Assembly: GCF_963921235.1 (NCBI RefSeq)
Contig: NC_086108.1
Location: 45,820,001-45,884,000, forward strand
Direction of reading: 5' to 3'
DNA length: 64,000 bases
Source of the DNA: Mobula hypostoma
Taxonomy: Eukaryota
Shown here: one piece after another, positions 36,951 to 49,559 of the stretch
Position numbering within the stretch: position 1 is the first letter of the stretch
How the letters are laid out: every line of letters begins with the position of its first letter
The notes under the pieces: model-generated
What the model was told of the DNA's origin: nothing
The model's input: only the letters and a program-made list of their open reading frames with translations
Database searches by the model: none
Made by a program: the position numbers and the translations under genes

Positions 36951-38459
36951 AAAACAAGCCATAAAGCGAGAAAAGATGAAATATAAATGTAAGCTAGCCA
37001 ATAATATGAAGATAAGTAAGTTTTTCCATATTTATAAAGAGTAAAAGAGACAAGAGTGGATATCAGACTGCTGGAGAGGTAGTAATGGGAGACAAAGAAA
37101 TGGTAGACAAACTGAGTATTGTCTAAAGTATTTTTCATCAGTCTTCTCTGTGGAAGACACGAGCTGAATGCCAGAAATTCAAGCGTGTCAGGAGGCAGGA
37201 GTGAGTGCTACTGTAATTACTAAGGAGAAGCTGCAAAGTCTGAAGGTAGCTAAGTGACCCGGTTTCCTTAGGAGGAAATCTTGCCTGACCTATCTTTTGG
37301 AACTCTGAAGAAATAACAAGCAGGGTGACAGAATCAAAGATGTCATTTTCTTGGATTTTCAGAATGTCTTGGACAAGGTGCCACACGTGAGACTGTTTAA
37401 AAAGAAAAGAGCCCATGGTTTTGCAGGAAGGTTACTGATAAGGATAAAAGATTGGCTGACTGGCAGGAGGCAAAAAGTGGGAATAATGAGGCCTTTTTGT
37501 GGTTGGCTACTGGGAATGAAAAGATTAGCATATGAGAAGCAATTGATAGCTCTGGGCCTGTACTCACTGGAGTTTAGAAGAATGAGGAAGAGCTTCATTG
37601 AAATCTATCGAATATTGAAAGTCCTAGATTGAGTGGATGTGGAGATGATGTTTCCACATCTGGTTGGGAGTCTAGGAACAGAGGACAGCTTAAGAAAAGA
37701 GTGATGTGCATATAGAACAGATGATGAAAAATTTCTGTAGCCATGGGGTAGAGAATCTGTGGATTTAGTTGCCACAGACGGCTGTGCAGGCTAAGTGATT
37801 GGGTATATTTAAGGTGGAGGGTGAAAGGTTCTTGATTAAGCAGGGCGCCAAAGGTATGGAAAGAAGGCAAGAAATGGGTCTGAGAGAGATAAATCAGCCA
37901 TGATGGAATGATGGAGCAGACTCAATGGGCTGAATAGCCTAATTCTGCTCTTGTGTCTTCTGGTTGTATAATAACTTTGTCACTGTTTCCTGTTGGGGAA
38001 ATGGAAATGAATGCAAAACTGGTGATTCCTCCCCTCAGAAAATCAGAGATACTGGTATCCATTGTTATGGCCCAAGCTTCTGCTTTGCCAGAGCTGAATT
38101 ATTTCAAGGCATAATACTAATTGCAGTTGTTCTATATTGTTCACGATGTCACCATGCTGCTTTGAGGTTTTTACAGTCATGTACACACTTTGAGTTCAGT
38201 AAACGATATTAATATTGTATTTTGTTTTGCCACCAACTCTATTCCTCTTCCTCACATCTGTGTTATTATTGTGGCTGGAGCAATGCACACAGTCTATTTC
38301 TATCATTGCTCACCAGTGCACCCTCCAGCACAACAGAAAAAGAATCACCAACCTATCAGTCATAGTAGAAAATGCGACTGAGGCTCTTCTAAAGTTGAGA
38401 TTCCGTCAGTCAGATGAATTGCTTGCTGTGCAACCTTGCCAATTAAAAACAGCTGCTGG

Positions 38460-39270
38460 AGGAGCATGAAGCTCTGAGGATCAGGAAATTCCTGTACACT
38501 CATGACTGTGTGGCCAGGTTCTGTTCCAACTCCCTCTCCATGTTCGCAGGTGATACCGCTGTAGTGGGCCACATCTCAAATAACGATGAGCCTTGAGTAC
38601 AGAAGGAGATCAAGTGACATGGCGCCGCGACAGCAACTTTTCTCTCAACGTCAGCAAAACCACTAGAGCTGGTCATTGCCCCTCAAAAAAGCACCTACTC
38701 CTGTCTACATAAATGTTGTGGAGGTTGAGAGATTCAAGTTCCTAGGTGTGACCATCACCAATAAATAGCCTGTTCTGCTTTAGCCCTGTTGATGTCATGG
38801 CCAAGAAAGATCACCGATGCCTCTACTTCCTCAGGAGGCTCTGACAATTCTTATGACTTTTTATCGATGCATCACAGAAGACATTGTTTGATGCATAACA
38901 GCCTGGAATGGCAACTGTTCTGTGCAAGACTGCAAGAAAAGTCAGAGTTGTGGAACAGCTTAGCACATCACAGGAACCCGTTTCCCCTCTAAGGACTCAG
39001 TCTATGCTTCTCGCTACCTCCGTAAAGTACCCTCTTCTTCCTGCTTTTATTGGGTAGAAGATACAAAAGCCAGAAAGCAAGTACCAATAGGCTGAAGGAC
39101 AGCTTCTCTCCCACTGCTGTCAGACTCTCCAATGGACCTCTTGTACAATAAGATGGGCTCTCGACCTCAGAATCTACCTCATTATGATTTGCATTTTGTT
39201 ATTTACCTGCACTGCACTTTTTCGGCAGTTTTTACACTTTGTTCAGCAATGTTATTGTTTTACCTTATTC
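38460..39270 (+). mobile_element. Decayed Rex1-type LINE RT/3' fragment
   Basis: THDCVARFCSNSLSMFAGDTAVVGHISNNDE (decayed KFADDT motif); RLKDSFSP..VRL near 39090. Confidence 0.7.
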
Positions 39271-39271
39271 T

Positions 39272-39449
39272 TAGTCATAGTCATAGTCATTTATTGATCC
39301 TGGGGGAAATTGGTTTTCGTTACAGTTGCACCATAAATAATTAAATAGTAATAAAACCATAAATAATTAAATAGTAATATGTAAATTATGCCAGGAAATA
39401 AGTCCAGGACCAGCCTATTGGCTCAGGGTGTCTGACCCTGAGCCAATAG
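39272..39449 (-). mobile_element. Short Rex1/Babar 3' tail
   Basis: Reverse complement of ~22965-23128; (TGACTA)n tail. Confidence 0.85.
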
Positions 39450-39732
39450 CATTGCCTAATGCTATTGCCTAATGCTAGCTCAATGCATTGCCAAATGATT
39501 TGATCTGTATAAACAGTATGTAAGGCAAATTTTTCACTGTTACAGTAGTAATACAGGGAAGTTCTTGTTTAACGTCCATTGCTTTATTTCTCAATTGGCT
39601 GGAGCAGATGGGTGTTGACTGTGTGGATTATAAGGGACTTCCTCATAAGAATATTTTCACAAAGAACCTACAAAATTATTGCCGTTCCAAAATAAGTGAC
39701 CTCCTTAATACTGCCTTGACACCAACTCAGTA

Positions 39733-41272
39733 CAGGTTTCCCCCACCATCTGAAGGTAGAGCGTTCCTATGAAACGGTTCGTAAGCCGGAATGTCGTAAA
39801 GCGAAGAAGCAATTACCATTGATTTATTTATATGGGAAAAATTTGTGAGCGTTCGCAGACCCAAAAATAACCTATCAAATCATGCCAAATAACACATAAA
39901 ACCTAAAATAACAGTAACATATAGTAAAAGCAGGAATGATATGATGAATACACAGCCTATATAAAGTAGAAATACTTTTCCACAATCATTGCTGCACTGT
40001 TCTTCGTAGTGAAAATCTCATGCAAGCGCTCTCGGCAGAAACACTGTCTCCAGTAACCTTTAAGCTATGAAGCTGCCAAATCATACCAAAATGTATGTAC
40101 TGTGTAGTATCACTTAAAGGAATCGGGAAGACATCGAGCACACTGATGATGGTGTGTTAGGCTGAGTTGTCGGAGGTTGGGGTGGTGCAGTGGCCCCCAC
40201 CCTCCGGGCAGCGAACCGATACCGATCCGCGAAGCACGCAGGGGTACAGCAGTGGCCCGGATGCACCCAGCACATCTTTAGGAAAAAAGCTAATTAATTA
40301 GGTGCCGCCCGGCACATAAATGTCGGCCCAGATCAGAGGCGATGCAATCAGCAATCGCCTCTGATCTGGGCCGATATTTACGTGCCGGGCGGCACCTAAT
40401 TAATTAGCTTGTTTATTTCGGCTTTTTTTCTTAAAAATGTGCTGGGTGCATTCCGGCTACTGCTGCATTCTTCGCGGATCGGTATCTGTCCACGGCCCGG
40501 GGGTTGGGGTGGTGGGACACTGGGGTGTCGTCTGTTTCCATCAAGGCAGGCAGGTCATCTTTTTCTATGTCTGCCTGCCTCGATGTCGAAGGTCAAGGTT
40601 CGTCATCTGCTGTGGCTGATGTAGAAGGCTTGCTTGACTGCTTAGCCTCGCACATTTTTTAGATCATACAGTTCTTTGTAAGCACTCAAACCATCCTGCA
40701 AATATGCCCTAAACTGACGTACCCTTTCAAAATTAAAGTTGTACTTTATCGTTGCAGCAAAAATCTCATGCAGTTGCTTCACGTTCAGTTCCTGGACGAC
40801 TTCACTTTCGGTCTGTTCGCTACTGCATTCGGTTTCGATTGTTATCCTTTTCTCTTCCAATTGCATCAGCTCTTCATCTATCAGTTCTTGGTTATGAGAT
40901 TGCAAAACCTCTTCAACATCATCTTCGTCAACTTCCACAAGCCAAACTCACTTTGTCCTTACTTAGTTCACCACGATCGAAACGCTTAATTATGTCTAGT
41001 TTTACGCTAAGTGTAACACCCTTACGAGCTCTTTTAGGCTTTTCCGATACCATAGAACTCATCTTCCTAACGGCTGCTCACAGGCACGTGCTTAAGCAAT
41101 GCCAGTGAGAATGCAGTTCTGAATTCGGGGGAGGAGTGGCTGCTCGGGGCGCGGGTTTCTTTTTTTTGTAACAGTGAAAACACCTTCTGAAAGCGAAAGC
41201 AGGTAACTAATGTAGGTCTTTCGTAACAGTGAGGTTTCGTAGAGCGACCATTCGAAAAGCGGGGGACACCTG
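39733..41272 (-). mobile_element. Non-autonomous Tigger/pogo DNA transposon (copy 2), complete ends
   Basis: TA TSD both sides; TIRs CAGGTTTCCCCCAC / GCGGGGGACACCTG; N-terminal HTH start MSSMVSEKPKRARKGVTLSVKLDIIKRFDRGE (from 41062) joined to C-terminal EVDEDDVEEVLQSHNQELIDEELMQLEE; DDE core absent. Confidence 0.88.
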
Positions 41273-41374
41273 TATCCCAATCGTCAGCCTGGTTAACGAT
41301 TCAAGCCAAAGAACAATTAGAAATGCCTCATCTTACTGAGATTCATACTGAGTCCTTGCACCAATTGATTTTTA

Positions 41375-43192
41375 GAATATAAAAGCAAGGAGAAGATGCT
41401 GAGCCTTTAAAAACACTAGCCGCACTTGGAGTATTGCCAACAGTTTTGGGCCCCATATCCCAGAAAAGGATGTGTTGTCATTGTAGAGGGTCCAGAGGAG
41501 GTTCATGATGGTGATTCTGGGAATGAAGGGATTAACATATGAGGAACATTTGGCAGCTTTAGGCCTGTACTCACTGGAATTTAGAAGAATGAGTGTGAAT
41601 CTCAGTGAAACCTACTGAAAGGACTAGATACGGTGGATGTGGAGAGGATGTTTCCTGTGGTGGGGATATCCAGACTAGAGTGCACAGTCTCAAAATTGAG
41701 AGGTGACTCTCTAGAACAGGGGGGTAAGGAGGAATTTTTTTTTTAGCCAGAGAGTAGTAAATCTGTGGAATGCTCTGCCACAGACTGCGGTGGAGGCCAA
41801 GTCCTTGGGTATATTTAAGGTGGAAGTTGATAGTTTCTTGATCAGTCAGGGCATCAAAGGATATGGAGAGAAGGCAGGTGTATGGGGTTGAGTGGGTTCC
41901 AGGATCAGCTATGACTGAATGGCCTAATTCTGCTCCTACATCTTGTATCTAATTTTTTGAGGAAATTACAAGCAGGGTAGACAAAGGAGATGCAGTAGAT
42001 GTGGTGTACTTGGATTTTCAGAAGGCCTTTGACAAGGTGCCGCATATGAGGCTGCATAGCAAGATAAGAGCCCATGGAATTACAGGCAAGTTGCTAGCAT
42101 GGGTGGAACATTGGCTGATCGGCAGAGAACAGAGAGTGGGAATAAAGAGATCCTATTCTGGCTGGCTGCCGGTTACCAGTGGAGTTCCACAGGGGTCACT
42201 GTTGGGACCACTGCTTTTTACGAAGTATGTCAATGATTTGGACTATGGGATTAATGGATTTGTGCCTGAATTTGCCGATGATATAAAGATAGGTGGAGGA
42301 GCAGGTAGTGTTGAGGAAACAGAGAGCCTGCAGAGAGACTTAGATAGTTTAGGGGAATGAGCAAAGAAGTGGCAAATGAAATACAATGTTGGAAAGTGTA
42401 TGGTCATGCACATTGGTGGGAAAAAATAAACGGGCAGACTATTATTTAGATGGAGAGAGAATTCTCAACACAGAGATGCAAACGGACGTGGGAGTCTTTG
42501 TGCCACATACCCTAAAGGTTAACCTCCAGGTTGAGCTGGTGGTGAAGAAAGCAAATGCAATGCTGGCATTCATTTGTAGAGTTATAGAACATAAGAGCAG
42601 AGATGTGATGTTGAGGCTCCATAATGCACTCGTGAGACCACACTTGGAGTATTGTGTGCAGTTTTGGGCTCCTTATTTTAGAAAGGATATACTGACATTG
42701 GAGAGGGTCCAGAGTAGATTCGTGAGAATGATTCCAGAAATGAAAGGGTTACCGTATGTGGAACATCTGGTAGCTCTTGGGCTGTATTCCCTGGAGTTCA
42801 AGAGAATGAGGGGGGATCTCATAGAAACATTCCGAATGTTAAAAGGCCTGAACAGATTAGATATAGCAAAGTCATTTCCCATGGTAGGGGAGTCTAGGAC
42901 AAGAGGGCACGACTTTAGGATTGAAGGACGTCCATTTACAACAGAAATGCGGAGAAAATACTTTAGTCACGGGGTGGTAAATCTGTGGGATTTGTTACCA
43001 TGAGTGGTTGTGGAAGCCAAGTCATTGGGTGTATTTAAGACAGAGATAGATAGGTTCTTGATTAGCCAGGGCATCAAAGGATATGGGGTGAAAGCAGGGG
43101 AGTGGGGATGACTGGAAGAATTGGATCAGCCCATGACTGAATGACGGAGCAGACTTGATGGGCCGAATGGCCCACTTCTCCTATGTCTTATG
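41375..43192 (+). mobile_element. Two tandem CR1-type LINE 3' fragments (41375-41945 and 41950-43192)
   Basis: YLDFQKAFDKVPH, SGVPQGSLLGPLLF, FADDIKI, RPHLEYCVQFWAP; each ends in the CR1 tail. Confidence 0.9.
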
Positions 43193-43308
43193 GACATTTC
43201 AAATTGCACAGATGGGCAAAATTGAACTTCAGTGGTAGAAGCATTTGCTTCTCTTAGCTTGCAAGGGCTGGATCCATTCAATGTAGTGTCATGTTTTCTC
43301 CACTGTAC

Positions 43309-43710
43309 TGCCCATTACACCGCTGACGTCCAGGGCAGCAATGATGGTCCTTGAACTCTGGCAGTGTTCAGGGCTTCCTTCATCGTGTCAGTAGCTCGGT
43401 TTTCACTGCTGTCAGACGTGCCAGTCACAGTGGAGGCTCAGGAATACCATCGCATGCAGATGTAGAAGGAGGCTTCATTGTTTCCGTCGCAGTTTTGTTT
43501 GACCGGTCAGGGTTGGTAGCCCCAAACTGAACCCCTGAACCTGGAGAGCTGGTGGACCACTCTTCGTCTGGCCTCTACACTTCGAACTGTTTGGCATGGG
43601 TGACTTACCAAGAGCCAAAACATAAAGCCCTGACTCCAGCCAACATAACTCTCCTGGTTATTGAGACAGTCAAGCCAAACTACAACAAGGCTGTGGTCCT
43701 CTTGGAGGAG
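43309..43710 (-). mobile_element. Non-autonomous RTE-type retroposon
   Basis: RTE-like 5'UTR motifs seen as reverse complement (GGGTTGGTAGCCC, GGCATGGGTGAC, ACTCCAGCCAACATAACTCTC); 3' end TTGCTGCCCT..GGTGTAATGGGCAG. Confidence 0.55.
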
Positions 43711-44439
43711 TGTCATATTTTAAAGCACTAATACTCTTACCTACTCCCATCACCTCAGCCTCTTGATGCTCTATGTAATTTTTGAATAAGTATTTCACTT
43801 GTCATATTGGATTTCTTATTTCTCTCATGGGAACCCCTTATTTAGGATGACCATAATTAGTAGGATCAGAAAATAAGACACAGATGGTAATCAGCTTCAG
43901 AAGTCCTGGGGAGTAATTAACAGAATAAGATTGCTGCTGTGGCACATTTGTACAACAGGGAAGGAAATAACTTGGTAAATACCGACGTGGGTATGGATAA
44001 TATTGGCAACCCTTTTAGATGAGATATGTCAGGAAATGTAGTGGCACCAGCAACTACCGAACCAACATGCCTTGTGCCTCTGCAATGAAGTATATTTTGT
44101 TGGTCTTAAATGAGAATGTACTTAATCTGTGTGAAATGTTTGGTGTTGCCTTGTGAGACAGAACTGCCTGTGTATTGGCTGCTTTAACACAAAGCAAAAT
44201 TTACCATCTCACATGAAACATCATGACGTTTGTCTAAAGTTGTATATTCTAGTGCCTTATGTAATATCCTTGAAGGTGAGCTTGGAGGTAGCATAATGTT
44301 CAGTGTCTTGTGTTGCTGCAGTTTGTTACCTAGAAAGCTGCTCCTTTCCCTGTAAATCACGTGGCTGTTCTTGATGCCCCATGGATCGCTTGCCCCATGT
44401 TCCAGATTCAGACTGACCAGGACAGTTGAAGGAGCAGGT

Positions 44440-45160
44440 TGTGGGGGACAAGTGTATGTGTACATGCATGCAGCCTGAGAAGCATTGGTGGGAGGTGAAT
44501 TGGTTCCCATCAGACTATAAGTCATAGGAGAAAAATTAGGCTCTGCCATTCCATCATCGCAGATTCCTTTTTTTTAATCCCCCCCCCAAACCCATTCTAC
44601 CTTCTCCCTGTAACCTTTGACACCCTCACTTACCCAGAACCATCAAGCTCCACTTTAAATATGTCCAATGAATTGGCCTCCACAATTCAATGGGTAATAT
44701 ATGCGGAATTCATTGCTGTTTGTGGTAATGAATTCCAGAATCACTAACCTAAGGCTAAAGAAATTCCTCATGTCTGTTCTAAATGGACATCTCTCTATTC
44801 TGACTCTGTCCCTCTAGTCCTAGAATCCCCCATATAGAAAACATCCTCTCCACATCCACTCTATCTAGGCCTTTGAATATTTAATAGACTTCAATGAGAT
44901 CCCCTTCCCCCGCCCCCCCATTCTTCTAAACTATAGTGAGTATGGGCCTAAAGCCTTTGAATGCTCTTCGTATGTTAATCCTTTCATTTCTAGAATCATT
45001 CTTGTGCATCTCATCTGGACCCCCTCCAATATCAGTAAAGATAAGGGGCCCAAGAATGCTCACAATACTCCAAGTGTGGTCTGACCAGTGCCTTCCAAAG
45101 CCTCAGCATTACATCCTTGCTTTTATATTCTAGTCCTCTCAACATGAATGCTGATATCAT
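44440..45160 (-). mobile_element. CR1-type LINE 3' fragment
   Basis: Reverse complement of CR1 3' region (AGATAAGGGGCCCAA, CACAATACTCCAAGTGTGGTCTGACC). Confidence 0.8.
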
Positions 45161-45219
45161 GTTTGGGAACATTGATATCCTGATCTATCAAATAATCTTT
45201 TGCAGTTGACACTAGCTAG

Positions 45220-45538
45220 AAGGTACAAGGTCCTCAGGACTCACACCCCCAGGTTTGAGAACAATTACTACCCCCTCAACCATCAGGCTCTTGAACAAGG
45301 GGGATAACTACACCCATTCTACCTCTGGTGTTCTACATCCGATAGTCTCACTTTAGGGACTCTGTATCTCATTATTTATTGCTATTTATTTATGTTTGCA
45401 TTTGCACAATTTGCTGTCCGTTGATCCTGTTTAGAGTTGCTGTTCTACAGATTTGCAAAGTATGCCTGCAGAAACAGAATCTCAGGGCTGTATGTGGTGA
45501 CGTGTGTGTGCTCCGACAATAAATTTTACTTTGAACTT
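45220..45538 (+). mobile_element. Rex1-type 3' tail
   Basis: AGAAGGTACAAGGTCCTCAGGACTCACACC..CCATCAGGCTCTTGAAC; ends CAATAAATTTTACTTTGAACTTTG. Confidence 0.6.
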
Positions 45539-46461
45539 TGTCTTTGTGTGTTGGCTAAGAACTGTGAACATCCTTACTCCCATGTACTGTTTGCTTGTCA
45601 TGAACACCGGACGCTTGACGATGAAGGGCAGAATTTCCTCAGTGTTTACTTGCACATTCAACCAGCAATTCGACCATTATGTTACCATCCCTTCCATTTT
45701 GAATGACCGTTCACTGCTGCTTGTGTTTCTAAAAAGTGATCATCTTAATGTTTGCGAACACTTCTGCCCATCACCACCATTCCTCCCCCCCCATATATAT
45801 TCTGTAATTGCTCTGCTTTCAGGGTAAGTTCTGTTTACTGTCTTTTTCAGCATTCTACTGGTTTTTAGTAATTTGTACATGGTTTCTTTCTTGCAGTCAA
45901 CGTTCCTTACATTCAATCATTTTTGTTATAGGCTTACCTGTTCTGAAGTCCTGTCCCTTCTTTCTACAAGCTTTTAAATCTAAAGCTGACACTTGATTTT
46001 TTTTTCTCTCTGTGTGGAGCATAGGAACAAGTCTTTCAGTACCCCCCCCCCACCACAGATTTCTTGCTGACCATCAGACACCCACCTAGTCATTTTACTT
46101 TTCTGTCTGACTCACCCCTCCACAAGGCAGGTTACCGTGGCCCATTAAACTACCAACTTTGTAACTTTAGGAAGTGTAAGGAAACTACAATATCTGCAAA
46201 ACTCTGCACCCTCACAAGGGAATGTCATTTCATGGATGTGCAATTATTTTCCAGATAAGAACATACCAGTGGCCATTGGTTAATCAGAGCAACTGCTTAT
46301 TTGCGACAATTCTGAAAGAACAATAACTAATTGAAAATAGCTGGCATTCCCTTCTTTTATTTGGGATGCTATGCCATTTAACTGAGCCAGGAGCCTGTTG
46401 CCAGTTTGTAAGTAGTGTCAGTTCCACTGTTGATAACCATTAGGAATCATTACATAGTTTT

Positions 46462-47100
46462 ATTCAAGATTCAAAAAACTTTATTGTCATTCTAACCATA
46501 CATCAGCTCTGCAGGGCAGAATGAGACAGCGTTTCTCAGGGGCAGTGCAATCATAACATAACAAACGCAACACTAAATAATAAACATAACAATAAATAGT
46601 AAAACACAACAGCCACATGTCAGTTAAAATCAAGTTATAAGTGTCCAGTGCAAGTTAAAAGTGTCCAAAGCAGAGTCAGGTAGAGCAGCTATTTAGCAGT
46701 CTGACTGCCTGTGGGAGGAAGCTGTTTAGTAGCCTTGTGGTTTTAGTTTTGATGCTCCTGTAATGTTTGCCTGATGGCAGAAGAACAAACAGTTCATGGA
46801 GAGGGTGTGAGGGGTCTTTAATGATGTACCGAGTCTTCTGGAGGCATCGACTCTGAAAGAGGTCTTGGACAGAAGGTAGGGAGACCCCAATAACCTTCTC
46901 TGCTCCCCTAACCACCCTCTGCAAGGCTTTTTTGTTGACAGCACTGCAGCTGGAGTATCAGATTGTGATGCAAAAGGTCAGCACACTCTCAACCACGCCT
47001 CTGTAGAATGTAGTTAAGACGTTAGTGGGGAGTGATGCTTGTTTAACTTCCTCAAAAAGTGCAATCTCTGCTGGGCCTGTTTCACAATCCCAGTGGTGTT
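46462..47100 (-). mobile_element. Rex1-type LINE 3' end (young)
   Basis: LQRVVRGAEKVIGVSLPSVQDL..PSHPLHELFVLLPSGK; near-identical to 33440-33855. Confidence 0.85.
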
Positions 47101-48349
47101 ATAGTGCTGTAGTGGCACTGGTAGTGTTCTACTTTCAAATTCAAGTGCATTTGTGTGTTGGTTAGATACTACACTGTGCTTGGAACAAAGAGTTTTTAAA
47201 TAGCGTCAGTTGTGTGTGTTTGTGTTATGTTATTCATATGGGCTGACGGATGCTGAATTGAAAAGCCGTGATTTTTGACAGTACTTCATGCAGGAAGACA
47301 ATGAAGGCAGTCTATTATCTGCACGAGGTGTCTGCTGACTTTGTTCATTTACAGTCAATCAAAAGAACATGGCAGCATACACCAGATGATTTCCTCCTTC
47401 AATAACCATTAGGAACTAACAGTTTTATAGTACCATAGTCAGATTGGTAGTTCAAGTTTAATTGTCATTCAGCCATTCATGAATACAGCCAAATGAAGCA
47501 GCATTCCTCAAGGCCAAGGTGCAAAACAGTACCAACAGTCCTAATTTGTTCTGTATTTCATTTAAATACATAATGTGTTAGTCAAACAGTAGTTTGTCAT
47601 TTTACATATACCTTTTTTTTAAACCAGTTCCAAGAAGCTTTGGCTAATTGGGGTAGCTGCTTAATTGGATCAAAGTGTACTGGTCCTGATGTGTCCTAAT
47701 TAACTGGAATCCACTGTGTTTCTGTTCCTCTTCTCTGCACTTTAACACCCTTGACCTCACTGAGGCTGCCTGACCCACAGAGTGTGTCCAGTACTTAATT
47801 TTATGCCATTGTTTCTCTCAGCACAAACTACATAACATGATGTTCATTCTATTGGTGTTTATATACTTTGTTTTACACCTGTAAAATGTCTAATGCATTA
47901 AAGGTTTGTCACTGTTTCACCTTGATGCCATTCTGCTATTCCGAGATTAGATTTCAGAGGGCAGAAATTTCATCTGAGAACATCTGTACAAAAACACAGA
48001 TTTTTCAAACAGAGTAACTTGCAGAGAGCTAGGTTGCATTTTTGCTAACCCAGTTTGGCTCCCCTTTCTCCCTCCAAGACGCCATGCTCTGCTGTATGTT
48101 CTCCTGCACGCTAAAAGCGCTGCTCCATCTGACCCAACCAATTGTTCTGCAGTATTCTGTGCAAACTTTAGCGGCTTAAATAAAAATCCTGGAAAACGCC
48201 AAAGGGTTCAACCATTGGAGGCAACAGTCAGAAGAAATTGAGCTGCAAGTGTTCATTTAGAATCGGGCTTTTTGCCCCACTGTATCTATGCTGACTGCCA
48301 AGCACTTATCTACATCAGTCCTATTTCCACTCACAAATCTCCAAGAACT

Positions 48350-48750
48350 CAGCATCAGGTTTTGCATCACTAGTCGTGATGTTTGCTGTTTTGCGGTAGC
48401 ATTACTTTACAATACATAATAATAAAAGATTTAATACAATAAGAAGAGTATATTAAAAATATGTCGTGCAAATAGGGAGCAAAAAAATAGTGAGGGAGTG
48501 TTCATTGTCCATTTAGAAAACTGGTGGAGGGGAAGACTGTTTCTGAAACGTTGAGTATGTGTCTTAAGGCTTCTGTATTACCACCTTGATGGTAACAATG
48601 AGAAGAGGGCATGCTCTAGGTCATGGGAGTCCTTAATGATGGATGCCACCTTTTTGAGTTGTCACCTTTTGAAGATGTCCTTGATGCTGGGGAGGCTGGT
48701 GCCCATGATGGAGCTGGCTGAGGTTACATTTTTCTGCAGCTTTTTCCGAT
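48350..48750 (-). mobile_element. Old Rex1-type 3' fragment
   Basis: Reverse complement encodes KVASIIKDSHDLEHALFSLLPSRW-like segment. Confidence 0.6.
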
Positions 48751-48774
48751 CCACCCTCCCCAGCCCCCCGCAAT

Positions 48775-48985
48775 TCCACTGGGTCATTCACATTTACCCT
48801 AGTAATTTACAGTAGGCAATTAACTTAACTTTCATGCCTCTGGAAGGAAACCGGAGCACCTGTGGGAAAGTTCATGTAGTCACAGAAAAATTGTGTGAAT
48901 TCCATTTAGACAGCATTCAAGGTCAGTATTAAGCCAAGACCTTGGGAGCGGAGTTGAGGGGCAGCAGCATTAACTGCTGTGCTAT
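48775..48985 (-). mobile_element. V-SINE-like element, decayed
   Basis: GGAAGGAAACCGGAGCACC..GTCACAG..TCCA..CAGC is the reverse complement of the V-domain; tRNA-like head remnant at ~48920-48985. Confidence 0.6.
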
Positions 48986-49559
48986 TGTGTTGTTAATTAG
49001 TTAATGATCCCATTTAAAAAGCTTTGGTAGTTCATTTTGATGGTTTGTACATTTAGGAGGGACCATTAGCAGGAGCACTAAATTCTAGAATATGACTGAC
49101 GGCAATCAATATTGTACACTAATGAGTACAACCAGAAATGTGCAAAGTAGGCAGATCAATTATAGATGGCCAATGCCTTCATTAATATGATGCTCAGTTA
49201 TCTTGTATTATTTGTATACATGGCATGGAAATTCAGAATCACTGAGGGTTCTTACAGCTCACAAAAATGCAATTTTGCCTCGTGGACGTCGAGGAGAAAT
49301 ACGCCTTTTGCATATTAAATACTCTTTTTTTATGTAACCTGCCACTCTTCAATTCAATCTTGTACATAATTGTAAAAGTGTGCAGCTTTATCTTCCAGAT
49401 TTTGTGGTAAAATATTTTACAAAAAAAGGTAAAAACTAAAATTATAATAGGGAATAATATCAAATAAGACTAATTATTTTCATTTCATACCCCATCATAG
49501 ATACGCTGCAGAGGTTTGAAAGAAATCCTGCCATTACCTCATAAGTTGTTAATTTTTTT

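Larger units (their letters stand above)
32880..37960 (+). mobile_element. Near full-span decayed CR1 LINE (ORF1 zinc finger/esterase and ORF2 remnants) hosting nested insertions
   Basis: VECFLCDMWE..YICMNC; AIVIGDSIIK..VRCLLGARVKD..VVAHICIND (SGNH/GDSL esterase-like); DFQNVLDKVPH; CR1 tail at ~37920-37960. Confidence 0.85.

Noticed and set aside
47605..47680. CCAAGAAG (PKK-like) after a pyrimidine tract as exon 3 start
   Set aside because: Not positioned at the AG and not followed by an LDLa cysteine pattern.
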